From positions 7,378,001-7,442,000 of the forward strand of contig CM102289.1 in assembly GCA_046563655.1 (NCBI GenBank): a stretch of DNA of 64,000 nt, read 5' to 3'. Below the pieces are notes generated by a model that had not been told where the DNA came from, did no database searches, and worked only from the letters and a program-made list of their open reading frames with translations. The stretch is from Yuukianura sp. NJ FZ-2021 (lineage: Eukaryota). The translations under genes and the position numbers were made by a program. Below, piece after piece: positions 48,071-62,800 of this stretch (within the stretch, counting starts at the first letter, position 1; each line of letters starts with the position of its first letter).

Positions 48071-51000
48071 ATGGTAAGAGCAAGCGCATTACTTGATTGG
48101 CCAATTGGCTGTCAACTTATGTTTATCGGAGTTTGAAAAGTGTGAAATCCTGATTGCCTCTACAGGCATGACCTAATTAATGTTAATTGATTAATATATT
48201 GTACATTGTTTTCATGTAGCCACTTAAGTTGGAGGTCAAGAGGAAGTTGACAGCAAGATCTGATCGGGTAAAATGTGTTGATTTGCATCCCGCAGAACCA
48301 TGGATGCTCGTGGCGCTGTACAATGGAAATGTTCATGTCTGGAATTACGAGAATCAGACACTCATCAAAACATTTGAGGCGAGCATAACGATTTTTTGAC
48401 ATGACGTCTCATTTTTAATTTTTACATGCATGCGTTCAACCTGTCGTTTCCAATTCTAGATTTGTGATCTCCCTGTACGAGCTGCAAAGTTTGTTGCGAG
48501 GAAGAATTGGGTCGTTACTGGATCAGATGATGTTACCGTCCGTGTCTTCAATTACAATACGCTTGAACGTGTCCATTCGTTTGAAGCGCATTCAGACTAC
48601 ATCCGTTGTATTGTTGTTCACCCCACACAACCATATTTACTTACCAGCAGCGGTAATAACAAACAATGGTATTAGTTATTTATAATTTCAATTCTAATGT
48701 TAACTTTGAATTTACACAGATGACATGTCAATCAAGCTTTGGAATTGGGAGAAATCTTGGTCGTGTCAGCAAGTCTTTGAAGGGCACACACACTACGTGA
48801 TGCAAATTGTCATCAATCCGAAAGACAACAACACCTTTGCTTCTGCTTCACTTGACCGGACCGTTAAAGTTTGGCAACTCGGGTCACAGGCTCCTAACTT
48901 TACACTGGATGGGCATGAGAAAGGTGTCAACTGTGTGGACTACTACCATGGCGGGGAGAAGCCATATTTGATTTCCGGGGCTGATGACCATGTTGTCAAA
49001 ATATGGGACTATCAAAACAAAACTTGTGTTCAAACCCTGGACGGACATGCTTCAAACGTTTCTGCTGTGGCATTCCATCCCGAACTTCCAATCATCTTGA
49101 CCGGATCGGAAGACGGGACTGTTCGTCTGTGGCATGCCAATACGTACAGGCTTGAGTCAACTTTGAACTATGGTCTAGAGCGTGTATGGTCAATTTGTTG
49201 CCTGAAAGGTTCCAACAATGTTGGTATTGGCTATGATGAAGGAAGCATTATGATCAAGGTCAGATTCTTTGCCATCATTTTGTCGACTAACATGTAGAAA
49301 ATAGTATCTTATGCTGAGCTATTCTAATTGAAACAGGCCGGTCGAGAAGAACCTGCTGTGTCAATGGATTCAAGCGGAAAGATCATTTGGGCGAAGCACT
49401 CCGAAGTTCAGCAAGCCAATCTCAAAGCTTTACCGGATGACGCTGAAATCAAGGACGGAGAGCGTCTACCTTTGACTGTGAAAGACATGGGCAATTGTGA
49501 AATTTATCCACAAACGATTGCGCATAATCCAAATGGAAGGTAAAAGTTTCATTGATCACTCAAATTGGTGCTTAGTAGTACATTCTTACATACTTTTTAG
49601 ATTTGTCGTGGCATGCGGAGACGGAGAATACATCATCTACACTGCCATGGCTTTACGAAACAAAGCGTTCGGTCCCGCCCAAGAATTCGTGTGGGCACAA
49701 GATTCTTCAGAGTATGCCATACGCGAAAATTCATCTTCCGTCAAACTGTTCAAGAATTTCAAGGAAAAGCGCGTCTTCAAACCGGAATTTGGAGCTGAAG
49801 GTTTGTTTACTCTCTGAAAAAAAAAGTTCCATCTCTCAAAATCACTCTACCATAAATATACATTGTCATTACAGGAATATTCGGAGGATACTTCTTGGGA
49901 GTAAAATCCGTATCGGGCCTTGCTTTTTACGATTGGGAGACACAGGAATTGATTCGTCGTATTGAGATCACTCCAGTAGCAGTTTATTGGTCCGATAATG
50001 GAGAGTTGCTCTGCATTGCCACGGAAGACAGTTACTTTATATTGAAGTACAACGAGGCTGCCGTCACTGCTGCACGAGAATCCAAGGAAGGAGTGTCTGA
50101 AGACGGATACGACGATGCATTTGACGTTGTTCATGAAAACCAAGAGGTTGTCAAAACTGGAACTTGGGTGGGCGACTGTTTCATTTACACAAACAGCGCC
50201 AACCGTCTCAATTATCATGTTGGTGGAGAAATCGTTACCGTGTCACATCTGGATAGGTGAAGCAACTATTTTCAAAAACCAAGCAAATATAAGACAATTT
50301 TGCAACAATTTACCAATTTTGATTTTGATTTCAGAACAATGTATCTTCTTGGTTACATTCCTAAGGACAATCGCTTGTACTTGACCGATAAAGAACTGAA
50401 CGTCGTTTCCTATTCTCTTCTTGTATCTGTCTTGGAATACCAAACTGCAGTCATGCGAGGTGACTTTGAGACTGCGGACAAGGTGCTGCCAACTATTCCC
50501 AAGGATCAACGTACCAGAGTAGCACATTTTCTGGAAAAACAGGTTGGTGAAACTTGTAAAACATTCGAACTCGAATTTCAGAATGAATGTTATGCTTACA
50601 ATTAGTTTTTGGTGCTATTTTTAAATAGGGCTTCAAGCAGCAAGCCTTAGCAGTCTCATCTGACCCCGAACATCGTTTCGATCTGGCTCTTCAACTTGGA
50701 AATCTGAAAGTTGCTTATGAAATTGCCACTGAGACAGAACATGAGCAAAAGTGGAAGCAAATTGCAGAATTGGCACTGTCGCAATGCAAATTTGATTTAG
50801 CACAAGAAGCACTTCACAAGGCAGAGGACTTGGGAGGACTTTTGCTTCTGGCTTCGTGTGCAGGTACTTAGATGTTCTCTTGAATTTGAAAATGCTCGGT
50901 TTTAAAAATTTTAATTTTTCAAGGAAACGGTGACATGGTGCAAAAGGTGGCCGAGTCAGCAGAACGAACCGAGAAAAACAATATTTCATTTACGTCTTAC

Positions 51001-51914
51001 TTTTTGCTGGGGAAACTTGAGAAGTGTCTTGAGATTCTCGTGAGTACTGACCGTCTACCAGAGGCTGCCTTCTTCGCTCGAACACACCTTCCAAGTCATG
51101 TTCCAAGAATCGTGTCTCTCTGGAAGGATTCGCTGGGAAAAATTAGTGAGAAAGCGGCTCAGAGCTTAGCTGATCCAATACAATATGAAAACTTGTTTCC
51201 GGACTATGCAGTATCTGTTGCTGCCGAAGAATATGTGAAAACTCAGAGGCAACAAAGAATTCCTGCTCGAGCCTTTCCGAAGCTTCCGGTACGTTGTTTC
51301 AATTTACCTAGTTCGGTTTCTGCTCAACTAATTTAGCAAAAACAAAGGTGTGGGTTGTTTTCAGCCACTCAGTGAAAGAAATGTGGTTGAGGAAATGAAG
51401 GCTGGAGTCAAAATTCAATCATTCCCGAGCAGCTCAGGAACCGTAGCATCCTCTCCGTCGTCAACCCAAGTTCCGGTAGTGACATCACCAAAAGCATCAC
51501 CGCTAGTTGCTGCACCTCCACCGAAAGTTGCAGTACCTCCATCACAACGTAACCCATCGCCCCCGACTCCTCAGCCTGCTCCTGTTCAACCAGTTGCAGT
51601 GGCCAATCTGCATGAGGATCGTGATGATGGAGATGGATTGAGAACTGGTGCCGCGCCAGCACCAAGTCAACAGCAACAACCTGAGTATAACCTGGAACTG
51701 GATGATGATTTCCTGGATCCCGATTTGGATTTGGATCTTGATGGAATTAACTTAGATGACGAAGGAATGGTAAACAACTTTTAACACTTCATTTTAGATA
51801 TGCACGCTTGCAATTTAAAAAAAATAAATCGTAATATATCTACTACAATTTCAACTCCAATCACTTCTTTTTTTTCAGAACTTCGACGATGAAGACTTGC
51901 TGGAAGACGATTAG
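48071..51914 (+). CDS. COPB2: Coatomer subunit beta' (beta'-COP), multi-exon
   Basis: [27 protein letters not shown]40 repeats ([24 protein letters not shown]), [21 protein letters not shown], acidic tail. TAG at 51912-51914. Confidence 0.97.
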
Positions 51915-53292
51915 GAAAGAAGCTTGAGTTTACTAAGCTTAATTTATTAACAATCCAATCCACCATCAGCCAGAAGAACTTCTTTACGTTTTAGTAAAAT
52001 CCTTCTCTACAAATGGCAAATATTTGTTTCAAACATTTCAGTTGTTTCCTTCCCTGAATAAATTCAAACCAGGTTAAAATCGTATGCTGAGCCAAGCCAG
52101 TTTATCCTTATCACGAAAGACAAAATGAAATTAATAACACAGAAGCTATTTATACGCCAAGATTTATTTGTCGAGAATAAACTGAAAGGACACACTACTA
52201 GTTGCTAAGAAATAATTAAAACGTGCCTTACGTCCAGTAAGCCTTAAAAATTTAAGCTAAATCTAACTTACTTACGATTATTCATTAAGAAGCTGCTGAA
52301 TCGTTTCACATTCCGCCATTTTTCGTTTCTAAGTTACAGATTCAAACAAAATCAATCCAAATCACGAATTCTTTCTTCTGAAAATGAAACAACCATTTTT
52401 TCGCACAACCTACTGTAAGGTAATTTCATACTGATCATTCTACAATCCTATTAAATGTATGTAAAAATATAAAAGTTAAAGTTGCTAAAACTCAAAGTAG
52501 AACATAAATCAATATTCGTTAAGCAAATGTTCCACAAGCGTTTTGCAACTGGAATTTAAGTAGATAATTAATACTTGGAATATAATGGTTAAATTACATA
52601 AGTAGAATTGATCATGCCAAGAAGCATTTTAACGTTTTACGTTTAAAATCAGTCGTTTTAGTTTCGCAGCAAGCTGATTAGTTTAAGAATTTCTTTTTAG
52701 AAAGCCAAAGTAAAATGAATTTTACAAATTCTAGCATTTTCTGGAGGTTAAATTACTCTAAGAAGCTGTTTTAATTAACTAATTTTATCATTTAAATGCT
52801 AAACACGCTGACAACATTTAGGGGAGGTGGGGACCTTATTCCCGTCTCTCGGATTCGGTATCGGTATTTACCGTCGAAAACTTCTCTTCTACTCCGTTAT
52901 CTGCTTGAGCATATGCACTAGTCTTCAATGAGCCATTTTTTGAATTAATTTTCCTAAACAGTTTAAAAACTTGCTTCCGTCTTCAACTTTTGGCAACTTT
53001 GACAACTAGACTGTTTAACTTTTAAGGTAAATTGAGACCTCACCTTTAACCTGCCTTTTCTATAATCCTAACCTGAGCCTCTTGAATCATTCCACGATTA
53101 GGTTAATCCCAAAATCAAGTCTGTTAAGGTACAGCTGACTTTCGTTTGGCTAATTTAAACATTGCACGTACTCCTTGTTAAAATCCATTTTCTCATTCAC
53201 TTGTCCTACAGCTGATGTGTTCACGCTCCAAGATTTTTGAAATACGATAGACAGGGATAACCATGTCAACGAGCGTTAGGTTAGCTTCTGTT

Positions 53293-56113
53293 TTAGTTGA
53301 GAAGCTCAACGTAGTTTGATGGGAAAAGTCCATAGACACCTTGTGGTCCCATGCCTTCCCACCACCCTTCGTCTACCGTTTCGATGTTAGTAATGATTTC
53401 TCCAGGATCAAAGTTGATTTCCGATTCATCAGCTGTAAATGAAGAAAAACACAACATTCGTATTATTAACGTTATAAAAACGTCGAATCACACTAGTTGA
53501 CTTACTTCTGGAGGTATTGGTTATTGGTACATAATCAATAATCATATATCATATATTAATTACCTGCTTGGTAATCATAAAGTGCTCGAGCACACAGTCC
53601 CATTTCCGGTTTGATGACAAAAGAAGTTCCAGTGGAAGCTGGAGTAGCAGAGTCGTCCTTTGGAGTCGGTGTAGCTGGAAGTGGAGACGGTGATTTTTTA
53701 ATCTCCCCAGACTGAACCGTCGTGTCTTCAAATTCATTGTTCAGTTTCGGTTTTTCTTTGTCAGCTTTGATAATTGGTGGAACTGGACTCTTGGATTCGA
53801 CAATTGGCGATAGGGCTGAGGGACCCTTGACTTCTATAGTTGGAGGGGGACTTGAGGGACTCTTGACCTTAGTCTCATCAGCAACTGTAGCTGGAACTGG
53901 TGATTTTGAAGAATCAAAGCTGTCAAATGCAGGACTCTCCGCTCCGTCACCTTTGGGTGAAGCTTGAACATGAAAATCTGTCAGTTCAAAGTTAGTGGTA
54001 ATGTGTTGTGGAATTGGTTCTGCTTGAAATTCAGCTTTTGCCGCAGTACTTGCAACTGTTACTGACGTAGGTTGTGCTGGAATTGAATTTTTAGAAGCAG
54101 ATGATTCTAGTGAAGAAAGCGAACTGCTACCGTTCCCGTTTTGATTCGACTTCATCAAGCCTTTTTCAGGCTCATCCGAGCTGTTTTTGTTTACTTTTTC
54201 TGCCAAGCGACTTGTGACTCCTCCCCCGATATGGAAAGGAAGATTATAAGCTTTCACGGCTGGTGGGGCAGATTTTGCTGGTGGCGCTGGTGCTGCTCCG
54301 GTGGGTGGCAAACCTGCGGGATGCTTTTTGATAATTGGTGGTGCTGATGCTGCTACTGACGAGGCCGGATGTGGCGTAGATGCATTTGCCGGTACTGTTG
54401 CTGCTGCTTTACTGAGCTCCACACGTTTAGCAGCTTGAGCTTTAGCTTGATTTTGACTCTCTTCTTGTAACGACTTGATTTCTTGAGCTGGATCTTTACG
54501 AACAATGTTCTGACTTGTATTAGAAACGATTCCACTCTCAAACATTGCCCGTCGTTTCATTACGCTGAGCTGCTCGCCTTCGGGAGGAGGACTTTTGCTG
54601 GAAGCTCGAATACCGCCATTCGTTGTGACTGCGTTGAATAGGAGTGGCCGTTCGTTTGGTGTAGCATCGAAACTTTTGATCCTTTGACGTACCAGATTCT
54701 CTGTATTCTTTCTCGGAACTGAAGCTTTAAGAACTGCTGCCTTCTCGGCTGTCACAAAAGTGTTTGAAAATGTTGGAGAAGTTGGTGGAGACGGTTCTCC
54801 AACGCTAGCAGTTGCTTCGCTGCTGGGTGTCGTTCCGTTGTTGAAGTCACCATTTGTTGAATGTGGGAGACTAACGGGAGGGGAAGGACTGGTCATTGGA
54901 GACGCTGACATGGCCTTCTCCATTTGCTCTTGTTCAAAATAGTCCTGGCTCTCTTTCCGCAGAAGTTTGACTTCGTTTTGATTGAATTTGGCAACTCGTT
55001 TCTTTTCAATTTTCTTACGGCTCTCTTCCTCTGCTTCTTCTTTTCGCCAAAATTCATCTTTGGCCTTTGCATTAATCTCTTCTTGTGGATTCAATTTCTT
55101 GTAAGGTGCTCCCTATTGATGAGAAGTAACCGATAATTAGCAACTCAACACAAGTTATAAACCAACGACAGAAGTTAGTGTACACGAACTTCCTGAGTAA
55201 CTAATTGATTAATTAATCCTTACCACAGGTTCCAACTTTTGGTCTAACTCCATACTTGACGAAGCACAGACACCTTCGGCCGACGTCGTTTTAGCTATTC
55301 CTTCGCGAATGATATCTGGATCCACGTCTTCGTCAGTTCGAGCGTTGATGGTGACATGAATCCCTTTGAAGAAGTGTTTCACAGTGTTCAAATGGTTTGC
55401 GCAAGTTCCCTTCCGAGCTAGTGGTGCTCCTTCTCCTTGCTAATATACGAAAGGCATTCAAAACTATCTCATTGTTCCATTCAGTTAGTCGAAGAATGTC
55501 AAATGCTGCAACTTACCCAATTGATTAGAGCAATTTTCTCTATATTCCTGTCCTTAATCTTTACTCGGCAAAGTCCATACATGATTCTTCCGCTGTTGAA
55601 GGTATCCACCATTTCTTCAATGCCCCCCGCTATACAAAACATAAAAAATCAATTTGTTAACATCCGTCAATCAATTAAAAATAACTATTTGGAGTCAAGT
55701 GCCAATTCCATGTCCACTTACTTCCTTTACTGACGAGTTTCAAGTCAAATGTCTGTCCATCGTATCCAAAGATTGCCCTGAAACACACATAAAATAAAAG
55801 TCATTCATTTCCCATCACATTGGTAACACTTCAATGAGGCTCATCAATTAAGTTGATTTTGTAACCTCGCAAGGTTAATGTGATTGTTAATGTTAACGGT
55901 AGCAAAAGCTAAACTGAAACCACAACTTTTTATTACCTATTCTTCAGTTTACTGACCTACTTTACAACAATAATCTTTACTCAATAATTGAAACCGGTTT
56001 AACAATGATTGAATAACTTACCAATCAATGGGATTCTTTGAGTCCATGACTTCTCTCCAGCCTTCAACGAGGTCATATTTGTACTTGTCCAAATTAATCG
56101 TGCTATTACTCAT
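53293..56113 (-). CDS. Abp1: Drebrin-like / actin-binding protein 1 (ADF-H domain, long P/S/T-rich linker, SH3)
   Basis: ADF-H ([39 protein letters not shown]), charged helix, SH3 [32 protein letters not shown]. Confidence 0.92.
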
Positions 56114-56750
56114 CTTGTTATTCTCTGTACTTTTCCTGTTAAAAACTGAACTGACGAACCGATTACTACTCTCTGAAATTCTGTATAAAATGTCTGCTCT
56201 GACTACTTTTTTGACGTCTTGATCCTGTTTCTTGCTACGGTTATTGAATTCCTCACAAGTTGAACCGTCAAATTATTTTTAGCTTTTCCCCTTTAACCCA
56301 ACGAACCGTGTGAAAGATTTCTATTTTTATTTATTTACTTTAAAATTTTATAGCTCTTTCACTTTATACTTCGTCTTGCAAAAGTCGAGTCCACTTTACT
56401 CACTTTACTTGTGTGGCAAGCTCGATACCTCGAATTACTGGTCTTGTTGTGTATGTGGGAGAGATTTCTAACGTTGTCCTGCATGTATGTCGTGTAGTAA
56501 ACTCCCCTACTTCTGCCTTCACCTCACCACACAATGATTTTTGATCTTAAAAGATAAGCGCAGGCGCAGGGCCTTACCCTGATCATCTTCTTATCATCAC
56601 TCACTCGGCTCATCTCTCTTTTGAACAATTGAAAATGACCGTAAACTAAAGTGGAACACTTGAAACTTTTCCCTTGATTCATAAACCACAAACAATGAGT
56701 TTAACCAAAATACGAAAGATATGATTAGTTTATTGATGTTTACGTGAAAA

Positions 56751-59008
56751 TCATTTGCTGCTACTTCCTCCTCCTCCAGCCCCTGGACGCTTCTTTCTGT
56801 CGCCTTTCTTCTTGGGACGTCGAACTCCTCCAGCGGAAGTTCCCTGTTCAGAAGCACTTCTTTGTGGGGCTGCTCCAGGTCGCGGGACATGCCGAGGCTT
56901 CTTCTTTTTCTGGACACGAGATCGGCTTGGTGCGGAAGCAACGGCTGAAGGAGGTCGATGATTTGCGGTGGAGGTTGACGGTCCAGGTTGTGGAGTTGGA
57001 ATGGTGGTGAATGATGTAAAGTCAGCGCTCCGTACTCTGTCGTGAAATTGTTTCACCACTAAAACCAAACAAAAGCAAACCTTTTTAATTAGTTTATAAA
57101 GTTTAATGAATGTTTATTCGCCTATTTAAAATACTTGGTTACCTGTTTCATTTTCACGGGAGTCCCAGAGGTACATTGGATTTTCTTTATGTTTTCCCCC
57201 AAGACAGAAAACGTAAGGCACGTCTGGACAGGAGTCGATGCAGTAAATCTCGCCAATATTGACTACTTTCTGAGCGACAAGTTTTTGCTGGTTATCCTTC
57301 AAGTCCCATACTAAAAACAACACAAAATAATATAAATTTAGTACTTGGGGAAAATCATCTTTTGTTGGCAGTACCTTTAACTGTTTCGTCAGTGGATACT
57401 GTGACAATGAAATCTGGACATTCCCTGTTACGAGCAAATCCGGTAAGCTCCTTCTCGTGTGCCTTCAAGTCCCACAGTGAAGAGGCGTTTCTAATATCGA
57501 CGCAATGGAGTGTTCCAGTGTTGGTACTAGCCTAAGATAAAAAGTAGAAGCATTAGAATACGGCTGGAATGCTATAGTTTGCTTCTGTTACTTCCGCATA
57601 CCAGAAATTGGTAGTGATCAAACGAACTCCATTCTACTCCTTCAATTTCCTTCTGAAAGGTCCAGCTCTTGAAAGAGCCGGGGCTTCGACAATCAAACAA
57701 TTTTACATTTCTGGAAGGAAAAAAACAAACAATGTCACACGTTAGCACTGTACGACGACACTGCATCAGTTACCCAACTAAGAATGTTCAATACCCCGAG
57801 CAGTCTCCCGTGAGCAAGTTTGTGCTCTCTTCACAATGAAAGTCAAGTGTTTGGACCTTGTTATCGAATGCATCCAATGTCAAAAAGCTTTCGGCATTAT
57901 TCAAATCCCACAGTCGAACGGTTTTATCCGCAGAAGAACTGCCTAAAACGTGCCTTCGGAACCAATTTTCAAAATAATTTTAGGACAGAAAAGAAATCGA
58001 CATAAAAACGTTTACCTATTCTTAGGATTCCAAGCGAGATCCATTATTGCATCCTTGTGACGTTTGCCTTTACCGCTCTTCTTGTTAGAAAGGCTCAATG
58101 TCGGTTCAAGCGACCCAGTCACAGTCAAATCCCAAAGGTCAATCTCATTTGAAATGTATCCAATCGCTGCTAATCTTGCAGATTCGGTTGGATTTTGACT
58201 ATTGAAATCCAAAAACTGAAGCGCCAGAGGAAAACTAGGAAGATAGATATCGTGCAAAAGGAAAAATTCCGCCTTGCCATGGTTGAATACTGTGCAAGAA
58301 AACATAATTCCAACAATTAGTTTACGGTAGCTTATCCCGTTCGATTCACGCGGCAGTCGTATCTTACCATAAGCTTCAAGCATTGACACATCATCGGTAA
58401 CGTGAGCCGCTAAAATGAGATTGTCATCTGGTTTGATACTGAATTCATCTTCTTCTGCATCAGTATCTTCACTGTCAGTTTCCGGCGGATTGTTCAGGAT
58501 GAGCGACTCAATCCCAAGGGGCTCTGGAGTGTCGTCTTCATCGTCATATGTATCAAGGTCGTACATATTCTCAACGTCATCATCGCTCTCCGATTCTTGA
58601 GACATCCTTCTCTCTCGGTCGGGACGACTTTCATATTCAGCTCTGCAAAGAGAAGAATGTGAGTAAAACCCGGAGCATCAGTTGTCAATTACAACGGAAA
58701 TAAATTCCTTCCGTATCTTCATGGCGATGTAGCGATGGATCATAAGTTAACTTACTCCTTTAGCTTCATTTCCTTGATGATTTTTTCAAGTTCTTCTCTC
58801 TTGTGCTTTACCTAGAAATACAAAAAGCAAAATTCGTAGTTAAATACATTAACTTTTTCAGAGGTCACACCACATCGGATTCGGATTTTGCAGTTAATTG
58901 GCATGTCAAACCTGGTTTACAATTTCATACCTTTTCAATGTGCTGCAGCGTACCAAAGCGTTGCACAAATTGAACGCGGCTGTACATGTTCATTTTTTCT
59001 TGAGCCAT
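56751..59008 (-). CDS. PWP1: Periodic tryptophan protein 1 homolog (WD40), multi-exon
   Basis: Acidic N-terminal region YDLDTYDDE, IKPDDNLIL, HDIYLPSFPL, IDLWDL..SLEP, HKDAIMDLAWN, SSSADKTVRLWD; basic C-terminal tail. Confidence 0.9.
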
Positions 59009-59849
59009 CTCGTCAACTAATCAACTACCAGAACCCTTAATCCTAAACCTAAAAATTAACTAATTAATAATAATAATTGTAAATGCACTAATTGCTTAAG
59101 GCAGCCTCTTCCGGTTCGGTCTCTTCCACGTGTTTTATTTAGTAAAATGTAACTCCTTTTGTTTTGTTTTTTTTCACAATTTTTTTGGTATCCAATTTGA
59201 ATCTCGTCATTCCCGCGGACGCCAGTACACCTCTTACAACTATGAATTTTATTGTCGTGAACTTTTCAAATTACAGTATTGTGCCAACTGCCAACATTGC
59301 AATTTACTTAATAAAATTTGTATCTTACTTTTTATAGTCATTATGTGTTATACCAATTACTTTCTGTATCTTTAAAAAATTGCACAGAATGAAGTATTAC
59401 TAATATTAATTTCAGATGAAGCCTGTCAAATTTTTGTTATTTAAAATATGCTTTGTACAATTTGTTCAAATCAGTACTTTCTATTTTTAAAAAGAACAAG
59501 GCTAGGGCTTTGTCAATTTGCATAAGTTCTTGCTGGCTTACTCTAAATTGCAATTTTTTTTCATAACTTCTTTTTGTAAGACGAATGTATGAAGAAAAGA
59601 ATCAAAAGAGGATATTTGGTGAAGATCCGAGTGGGATTTACTCTTCTTTTTTTTTGCTTTCTCCTTTCACTCATCAGATTGAAAACGGAGTTCTTTTATT
59701 CAGTCGGCTTCGGGATGCCGGTTAGGAAAGACGCACTTTCTTCGCTCCTTGGTTTTGAACAATAATGGTCCACAAGTTCTGAAATTTTTGTTTATTTTAT
59801 AGTGAACTTTAAACCTCAGTCAATATTTTGCGGTGAAATTGTAGTGGCC

Positions 59850-62800
59850 ATGTTCAAATCGACTAGTTTTGGAATTCCCATCCTGACTAAAACTTGTATG
59901 ATTTTATTGTTAGTGAAGTTTGAAGTAGAAACAGCGGGAGTGAGAGACAAGTTGACCACAAATTTACACTCTGTCGCCACCAGCACCAATGTTCCCACAG
60001 TCGTAACTTCGCCAAGTCAACGACACCTTGAACAGGACAATAATGGCACCCATAGCGGAGCTAGTATAAGTCGAAGTGGTTTTGACATTTCAAATTTCAC
60101 GCGTGAAAGTGAAGCGGAACATTTTAAAAATTTTACTGTTACAAGAACTACCGTAGATTCAGAAAGTGAACCAAATGGTGGATTTGCAGTATTGACGCAA
60201 CTTGTGATACATTTGGCACAATGTAGAGCAAACTGCTTAGACAAGGTGTGTTTGAAATAAAATTCAAAATTTGTATTTTGTACAAAAAAAATCATAAACT
60301 AATTTTTAATTGATTTGATTTACATTAGTTTGGTGGTGGAGAAAGTCCCGAAAGTCTTGAAGTTTTGCTAAAATCAAAACCGGCATCACCAGTTTCCACC
60401 GTAAGAAGGAATTTCAAAAACTATTTCGACAGAATACTCTGCATCATTCTCTTTTCACGAAAAATCTAATTAAACAAACTTCTTAATTGACTTAATTTTC
60501 GAATTTAGTTCAAGTAGTCCTCCAATAATTGTTTTCGTTTCTGTTCTGAAAAAGTTTGATTTCATTTTTAGACAAATTAAAATTGGATTTACCATCCCCA
60601 GTCCCAAATTTTATGTCAAATTTTTATACCAACCAAGAGCACGCGTCGTCGTTTTTAATTAGCAGGCACATTTGTTTGTTAATTATTACATAAAATGTTA
60701 ATAACTTGCTATTAATTGCAGCTCTAAGCCTTTCATTTGGGATTTTCAGCATGTGCACGGCTGTTATGTTTTCATAAAACTTTTTTTTTGTAGAAAGATT
60801 CAAAAAATGATTAATTCTCTTCTATACTAAAAATAGTAGCTAAAACTCCAAAAACGGAAGCACTAATCCTGAACATACTTCCTGAAATTTCTGATGCAAA
60901 AAAATTTCCTGTTTCCGATTTTACCTAATCTCATCTTCAAAGCGTCTTTTTTCATTTCAAAACTAAAACCCATGAAATACAACTCGCAAATCCAAGACTA
61001 ATAATGTTTTTAGTTGTAAGAGTAAAAATAAAATTTTAATTATGACATTTTTTGATATCAAATTTTGTTTTGGATTGAAATTTTCCAGTGCTGGAACACA
61101 TGTCAACTTTTGGAAGAGGGAGATAGGGTCCATGACAGACGTAATTCGACACCCCAAAACATTACAATCTGCTCCTCACAAGAAAGCGGAGCTTGCGTAA
61201 GTAAAAAAAAACATAAACTTTTTTGTTTCAAATTCAACATCAATAAGCTTTAGTAAACTTCCGAGCTCAAAAATCATTCCGATCAAAAAATCAAAAATTT
61301 TCAGAAAATCATTTTTCCGAAACCAACGTCAGTTAGGAAATTCTGATTTTCGAAACTTTTTCCAGATAGTTCCTTAATTTATTTTACGAATTATTTTTTT
61401 GTCCAACGGAACCAGAAATCCGCACATTAAAACACAGGACGAGTGATTTGCCGAAAAGCCCACAGTAGTACTAGCTGTGACTGGTTTTTAGAAAAGTTGG
61501 AGCACCCCACGGGGGTTTGAATAAGCTTTGTCCATGGCGTTGGCGCGCATTAAATTGAATTACTTTTTCGGCTACAGTCGCTCCATGATCCTATTTGTCA
61601 AGCTTCGATGTAGGTAGAGTACTAACCATGGCTTCGTGTTTAGTAGCTTGTACTTTCAGCAGCTTCCTAGCTGCTTTACTACGACTTAATCCTTACAGCC
61701 ACAACCACCGTCCTTACCACCGCCGCGGTCTCCAAGAAAATTGGAGATCCTGCGGACAAGAGAAAGGGAGCGTGTGAAAGGGCCCAAAGTTTTTGGTGGA
61801 TTAGTGCGTTATTTTATAAGGCCCTATCCTAGCTTTTACTCAGAAAAAACGATGGTAACAAAATAAATCCCAGTATTTTTTCGTCGGTTCTAATGACGGT
61901 GTTAATGAAGATTAGATTCGGAAGCGTGAAGAAAATGATGGAGAAAAAACGAGGGAAAAAGCCGACGGACGTCAAACTGAAATTTCTAATTTTCGGCTTT
62001 ATTGCCCTTTCCACAGTTTTCCAAATTTTCGCCGCTTTTGCCATCAATCACTTCATAGCGTTCAATTTTTTGACGCCAAAAGGCACAACAGTTAAATAGT
62101 ACCGCAGTTTTCCAAATTTTGTTCTAAAAACACAGGATCCAGTAAAATCGTCAGTTGTAAACTTTAAAAAACCGAATTGTTTGTTTTAAACTTAAAAAAA
62201 ACTTAAAGCTAGAAGCAAGCTAAACTCTATTTTTACTTCAAGCTGTCGACTTTTAAAAAATGGCGGGTTTGGAAAATCTTAATGATAAATTTTGAGATAA
62301 TTTTCAAGAATTTAAAGTTTAGAGTTATTAGAAGTAATGGAATAATTTTAGAGTATAGCATAGCTGTAGTATTTTGTTAAAAATGTTAAGCGTCACGCTT
62401 TCCGGCTTTACTAAAAAACGGTTCTTGGAAAGGACCAAAAAGGAGGCGTGTGTTGGCGGAAATGTTGGGATTAGAAAAAGAAAAACGCGAAGTTTTGAAG
62501 TTTTAAAGCTTAAAAGAACGAGAATCTTTTTGAAATAAGTTTTTCGTTTTGTGGGAGCCTGTGCGTGTTGACTTTAAAAAGTTGAGAAAAAAAAAAGAAA
62601 TATTTATGTCAAGATGGTGCTGAGTCAGGAAAGCACGAAAAGACTTAAATTGGAGACAATTGTCACCTTTGAGTAAAATTAATGAGGCAACATAACACTG
62701 CCGAAGCAAAATACAAAATAAAGCCGCTTTTTCCAAAATGGTTTCTTCATAATCGTTTCTCCCATCCGATTAGTCCACACGAAGGAAAAGGAAACGGAAG

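Noticed and set aside
61595..62099. Small ORFs in the long intron of the last gene, including one basic plus hydrophobic 68-aa ORF
   Set aside because: Composition reflects A/T runs; no splice or homology support for a nested gene.
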